Part shown: positions 60,401 to 64,000 of the stretch, one piece after another
Layout: each line of letters begins with the position of its first letter
Position numbering within the stretch: the stretch's first letter is position 1
NCBI GenBank assembly: GCA_002269645.1
Contig: NIVC01002450.1
Coordinates: forward strand, 108,525-172,524
Length of the DNA stretch: 64,000 bases
Direction: 5' to 3'
From: Macrostomum lignano
Taxonomy: Eukaryota
Notes under the pieces: model-generated
What the model saw: the letters and a program-made list of their open reading frames with translations, nothing else
Databases searched by the model: none
Told to the model about the DNA's origin: nothing
Program-made: the position numbers and the translations under genes

Positions 60401-60554
60401 CCTCTGTCAGGAATGTCGCCCTCTCGTCTGCCGGCGCCTCTGCCTCCGCCTCCGCCGCCTCCTCCATGCCAACCAGCCCGGACGGGCCCTCGCCGGGCGC
60501 CGCCTCCAGGCCGCTGTCCTGAACCAGATCGTCAACACTGTCCGTCGCCGACAT
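57446..60554 (-). CDS. LRRC74: Leucine-rich repeat protein 74-like (RI-type LRRs plus C-terminal EF-hands), about 622 aa, 3 exons
   Basis: Exons 60554-60321, 59265-58114 and 57928-57446; phase-0 GT-AG, 1869 nt. Acidic N-terminus, YRTTCERLGAVPVKYF, MRHHGLGPVG, RI-type LRRs, and EF-hand-like DAQGNGTVSLEQF and DKLGDGSIYY. Confidence 0.85.
59323..59605 (+). mobile_element. tRNA-derived CORE-SINE, family B, longer copy in LRRC74 intron 1
   Basis: tRNA-like head (TAGCCTAGTGGTCAGAGCG; GGTTCGATTC), then GTGTCCTTGAGCAAGACACTTAACTCTGCATTGCTTCAGTTCACCCAGCTGTAAAATGGG (59404-59463), similar to the recalled MIR CORE consensus. 3' boundary approximate. Confidence 0.82.
59770..60240 (+). mobile_element. Possible decayed non-LTR reverse-transcriptase fragment
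   Basis: One frame with a stop gives IPFTVSEL..., LLKTFA...AIHLNRLRP and a nearby VFDS, weakly like the LINE RT motifs PFT.EEL, K...R.LLNR.RP and KAFDS. Confidence 0.3.
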
Positions 60555-61439
60555 GTGTGTTTTCTGTCGCGTAGCGCAACTCGCCGCTACTCGCGCTTCG
60601 ATGATTCGAACGAGAATGAAAAGCGATGCTCGCTCAGGTTGAGATTTCTTAGCTCTTTCTGGGTCTGGCTCGCCTGTCCGCTCCCCTTTCTTTTCTTCTC
60701 TGCACCGCCACGTACTATAGATGCGTGCAAAATTGTCAAAGGAGCCAGTCAAGAGAGAGAGAGAAGGGCGAGCAGTGCTGCTCAAATAGGTCCCTCCCCT
60801 CTCTCTCTCTCCCAAGTTTTGCTTGGCAGGCACCGTTTCAGCGTGCCTTTACACAAAATGAGAGGCGAGGGAAGAGTTTGAAGGCAGAGACAGACAGACC
60901 GGCCCCTTGACAACCAGCGGGCCAGGTACTGAACACACAGTAGCATACCTGCACAGCAGGACTGTGACAGTAGCCATTCATTCGTTCATTCACTAACAAG
61001 CAGCTTATAATTTGGAGCTGAACAGGGAATCCTATTTAGTCCAATTTGCTTTCAATCACTGCGCTACATCCACACCAGTTCAGAGCGCAGTGACTTGAGA
61101 GTTAACCGTGTTAATTTCATTAATAATCATGCACACTATCCACCTTTCCCTCTAACCCAACACTCCGTAATAGCCGCATAAATTATGCAGGACCGCTGCG
61201 GGAACGGCAGTTCAGTAAAGTTTCAAGCCTTCTTTTTGAAAAAATCCCACTTTCAATCTGCCTTCCGTTATCGCCCTGTGGCAGGAGGCTGCAAAGAAAG
61301 ATGGGTCACAATAAGCTATTGTAAGCCTGCACAATAAGCTATTGTAAGCCTGCAGCCATTGGGAATCCACATTCAGCCTTGCTGTACTTTGTAGCCATTT
61401 ACAGTCAAATATACTTCACCACAATCGGTAATCATAATC

Positions 61440-61930
61440 TACCCTCAGTCCTCCGGGACTAATTCCCTCAGTCCTCTGGGACTAATTCCCTCAGTCCTCC
61501 GGGAATAATTCCCTCAGTCCTCTGGGACTAATTCCCTCAGTCCTCTGGGACTAATTCCCTCAGTCCTCCGGGACTAATTCCCTCAGTCCTCCGTGACTAA
61601 TTCCCTCAGTCCTCCGGGACTAATTCCCTCAGTCCTCTGGGACTAATTCCCTCAGTCCTCTGGGACTAATTCCATCAGTCTTCCAAGACTAATTCCCTCA
61701 GTCCTTCAGAACTAGCTCGTAATTACCTCAATCCTCTAGGACTAATTCCCCTAACCCTCCGGGACTAATTCCCTCAGTCCTCCCGGACTAATTCCCTTAG
61801 TCCTCCGGGACTAATTCCCTCAGTCTTCCAGGATTAATTCCCTCAGTCCTCCAGAACTAGCTCGTAATTACCTCAATCCTCTAGGACTAATTCCCCCAGT
61901 CCTCCAGGACTAATTCCCCCAACCCTCCAG
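61440..61930. repeat. 23-bp minisatellite (CCCTCAGTCCTCCGGGACTAATT)n
   Basis: About 20 units; each has an AGTCC...GGACT inverted repeat. Confidence 0.92.
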
Positions 61931-62756
61931 TAGCCAATACCCCAGCCCTTTAATAGCAGTACTATTGAAACAAGAAAAAAGGCAAAATATGCACTAAAAA
62001 GTCATTAATAAACTTATTGAGCGTAAGTGATGATTCGTAATGGAAAGAAATTTTTTGGAACCACAAATTATATTGTAAAGTTAATGAAACATAACAGTTA
62101 AGAATCCAGCAATTTCGCCTGATCTATGGATAGAGAATGATGCAGGAATCAATTCTGGGAGCACAATATTGCAACAGACAAAAGTTTAAGTATCTGTATC
62201 AATCGTAAAATAATGCACAATTATTGTTCCACATAAAGGACACATTGTCCGGCATTGTAGAAAAGACGGATTCTAGGAAGACAAAAAAGTCACAATTAAA
62301 ACGTAATGCAAAAAAATTCACTTGTCAAACACCGGAGCAACTCGCGCAGCTACGTGCAAAGGTGAAAAAAAACAAGTCAAGACAATTAATTATCAGTCAG
62401 TTTCCAGGAAGGAACAAGCTTTAGTGAAATCAGTTTGCTATTCTATAAAGAAATTTTCACAAATATAGCCAAGAAAAATAATTACAAACGCGGCTCAGGG
62501 GAAAGACAGAGCCCGACGGAGATAAAAAAACATCTCTCGCACCATCCGGGCTCCGGAGACCAAAATTGTAGCAAAAAAATTAATTATAATAAAAAATACT
62601 TCCACAAAAAACATCGAATGTCCTAAACATACTACTGCCTGGAGAAGTATCGTTGAAAATACAAAATCTTCAACACATTAAATAATCCTGATTCCAAACA
62701 AGTTTCTCACTTGATCCCCATTCCAAACGCTCCCATCTCACTCTTATACTTTCGAG

Positions 62757-63124
62757 CAGGGGTCGGCAAACTTTTATTACCCGAGAGCCAGGTGAGAGGA
62801 GAGGCGAGGAAATAAAGGAGAGAAAGAGGAGGAAAGAGGAGATGAGAGATGAGCGATTAAAGTAAAGGCGAGAGAGATGGGAGCAGTGATGGGATGAGAT
62901 ATAGGATGAGAGAAGAGATGAGAGAGGAGATAAGAGGAAAGAGGATGAAAGGAGAGATAAGATGAGAGAGAAGATGGGAGAAGAGATGAAAGAAGAGAAA
63001 CGAGAGAAAGGGGGAGAGAGGAGAGAAGGTATGAGAGAGCTAAGAAGAGACCTTGAGCGGGCCGGATTTCAAAGGACCCGAGGCCGGATAGAGAGGCCTG
63101 CGGGTCGGAGTCTACCGACCCCTG
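62757..63124 (-). mobile_element. hAT-type MITE, same family as 43701-43956, with longer GA-rich core
   Basis: Termini CAGGGGTCGGCAAACT and AGTCTACCGACCCCTG. Shared subterminal CTATCCGGCCT(T)CGGGTCCTTTGAAA..GGCCCGCTCA. TSD not intact. Confidence 0.8.
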
Positions 63125-63294
63125 CTCTAAGGGATTCCATACTCCACAAGATTGGCTATTATGATCCTCATTTTTTAGAATAAGTCTCTTCACAATGCTT
63201 TCACGATCCCTATTTCAAATTAGTCTCACAATAATCATCCTTATCCAATCACTTGATGGAGAACCTCAGTTCCCCCTTCATCTCCGAACAAAAG

Positions 63295-63780
63295 TCAGTA
63301 GCGACCCTGCAGGCGCAGATTCTCCGGATCGAATGGCGAGCGCAGGTGCAGCTTGGCCGGTCGCCGCTCGCCCATGCATTCGACCTGATAGGCGCCAGCC
63401 TTCAGCCAGGCCGGCTTTACCACCTCGCCGTCGGGCCGGGAAGCGTAGGCGTAGGCCATGGTGACGCCGTCGCCGTCGCCGCGGCAAGGCAGTAGACCTG
63501 CTCGGCCCGGCGCACGAAACCAACCGGCTGGCCGTCGCGCAGCACCAGCTCGTTGCCATGGAGACGCTTGCCCGGCTCAGCGTCGTCCAAGGTCAGACAT
63601 ATCAGCCGCTTGCGCAGGCCGTCAGCGCGCTGACGTTCCAGAGCTTCCCGGCGATGAATGGCCGGTCGGGCAGCTTCAGCTTGCAGGTGAAGGCAAGGCC
63701 GGCCTCTAGCGGGGGTGTCGTCACTGCGCAGGTCCACGGCCGTGCGGTAGCCTTTCTCGCAGCTCAGGCTGTCTAGCGCT
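63295..63780 (-). CDS. SARDH: Last coding exon of sarcosine dehydrogenase (GCV_T C-terminal domain); apparent frameshifts; gene continues beyond window
   Basis: Acceptor at 63781. ALDSLSCEKGYR, DLRSDDTP, then in a shifted frame LEAGLAFTCKLK, then REALERQRADGLRKRLICLTL and VGFVRRA, then in a shifted frame TMAYAY...LHLRSPFDPENLRLQGRY*. Matches the recalled SARDH C-terminus. Confidence 0.8.
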
Positions 63781-63939
63781 CTGTGTAGCAGCATGAAGGG
63801 GGTTGAGTACGAGATTCTGGATACGAAGTAGTTCTGTGACATTAGCACCCTTGAACTCGTCTGCTGCAAATATCATCATATAAAAAATTATTTAGACTGA
63901 TACAGTCAGACATTACGGTCTCATGTAAAACCTAAAGAG

Positions 63940-64000
63940 TCTGACACAGGACTCAAACTAGCCTGACACAGGACTCAAACTAGCCTGACACAGGTCTCTA
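63940..64000. repeat. Start of a 22-bp tandem repeat (CTGACACAGGACTCAAACTAGC)n in a SARDH intron
   Basis: About 2.5 units visible at the window edge. Confidence 0.6.

Overview
Eukaryotic (metazoan) genomic DNA with GT-AG introns. GC/Ala-rich exons, a 43-nt intron and minisatellite-filled introns resemble a free-living flatworm such as Macrostomum; that assignment is inference only. I can reconstruct 11 protein-coding loci. Six lie head-to-tail on the minus strand from 26.1 to 2.8 kb: KRIT1, MED21, GPALPP1, an unknown 552-aa protein, a thioredoxin/PDI-like protein and a SEC14L-like protein. TRABD and a probable MULE-transposase-derived gene with an in-frame TGA are on the plus strand. A claudin-like 4TM gene, LRRC74 and the frameshifted last exon of SARDH are on the minus strand. 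The 26.5-40.9 kb block holds only transposons: a full-length hAT with 8-bp TSD, two mariner deletion derivatives (one with a LINE 3' fragment and 13-bp TSD) and a nested MITE; further MITEs lie at 43.7, 44.5 and 62.8 kb. Two tRNA-derived SINE families are present, one with a MIR-like CORE domain. More than 20 different 20-44 bp minisatellites fill most long introns and intergenic gaps. Most long ORFs in the supplied track are translations of these repeats. All identifications are by eye from recalled family motifs; no searches were run, and array boundaries are approximate.
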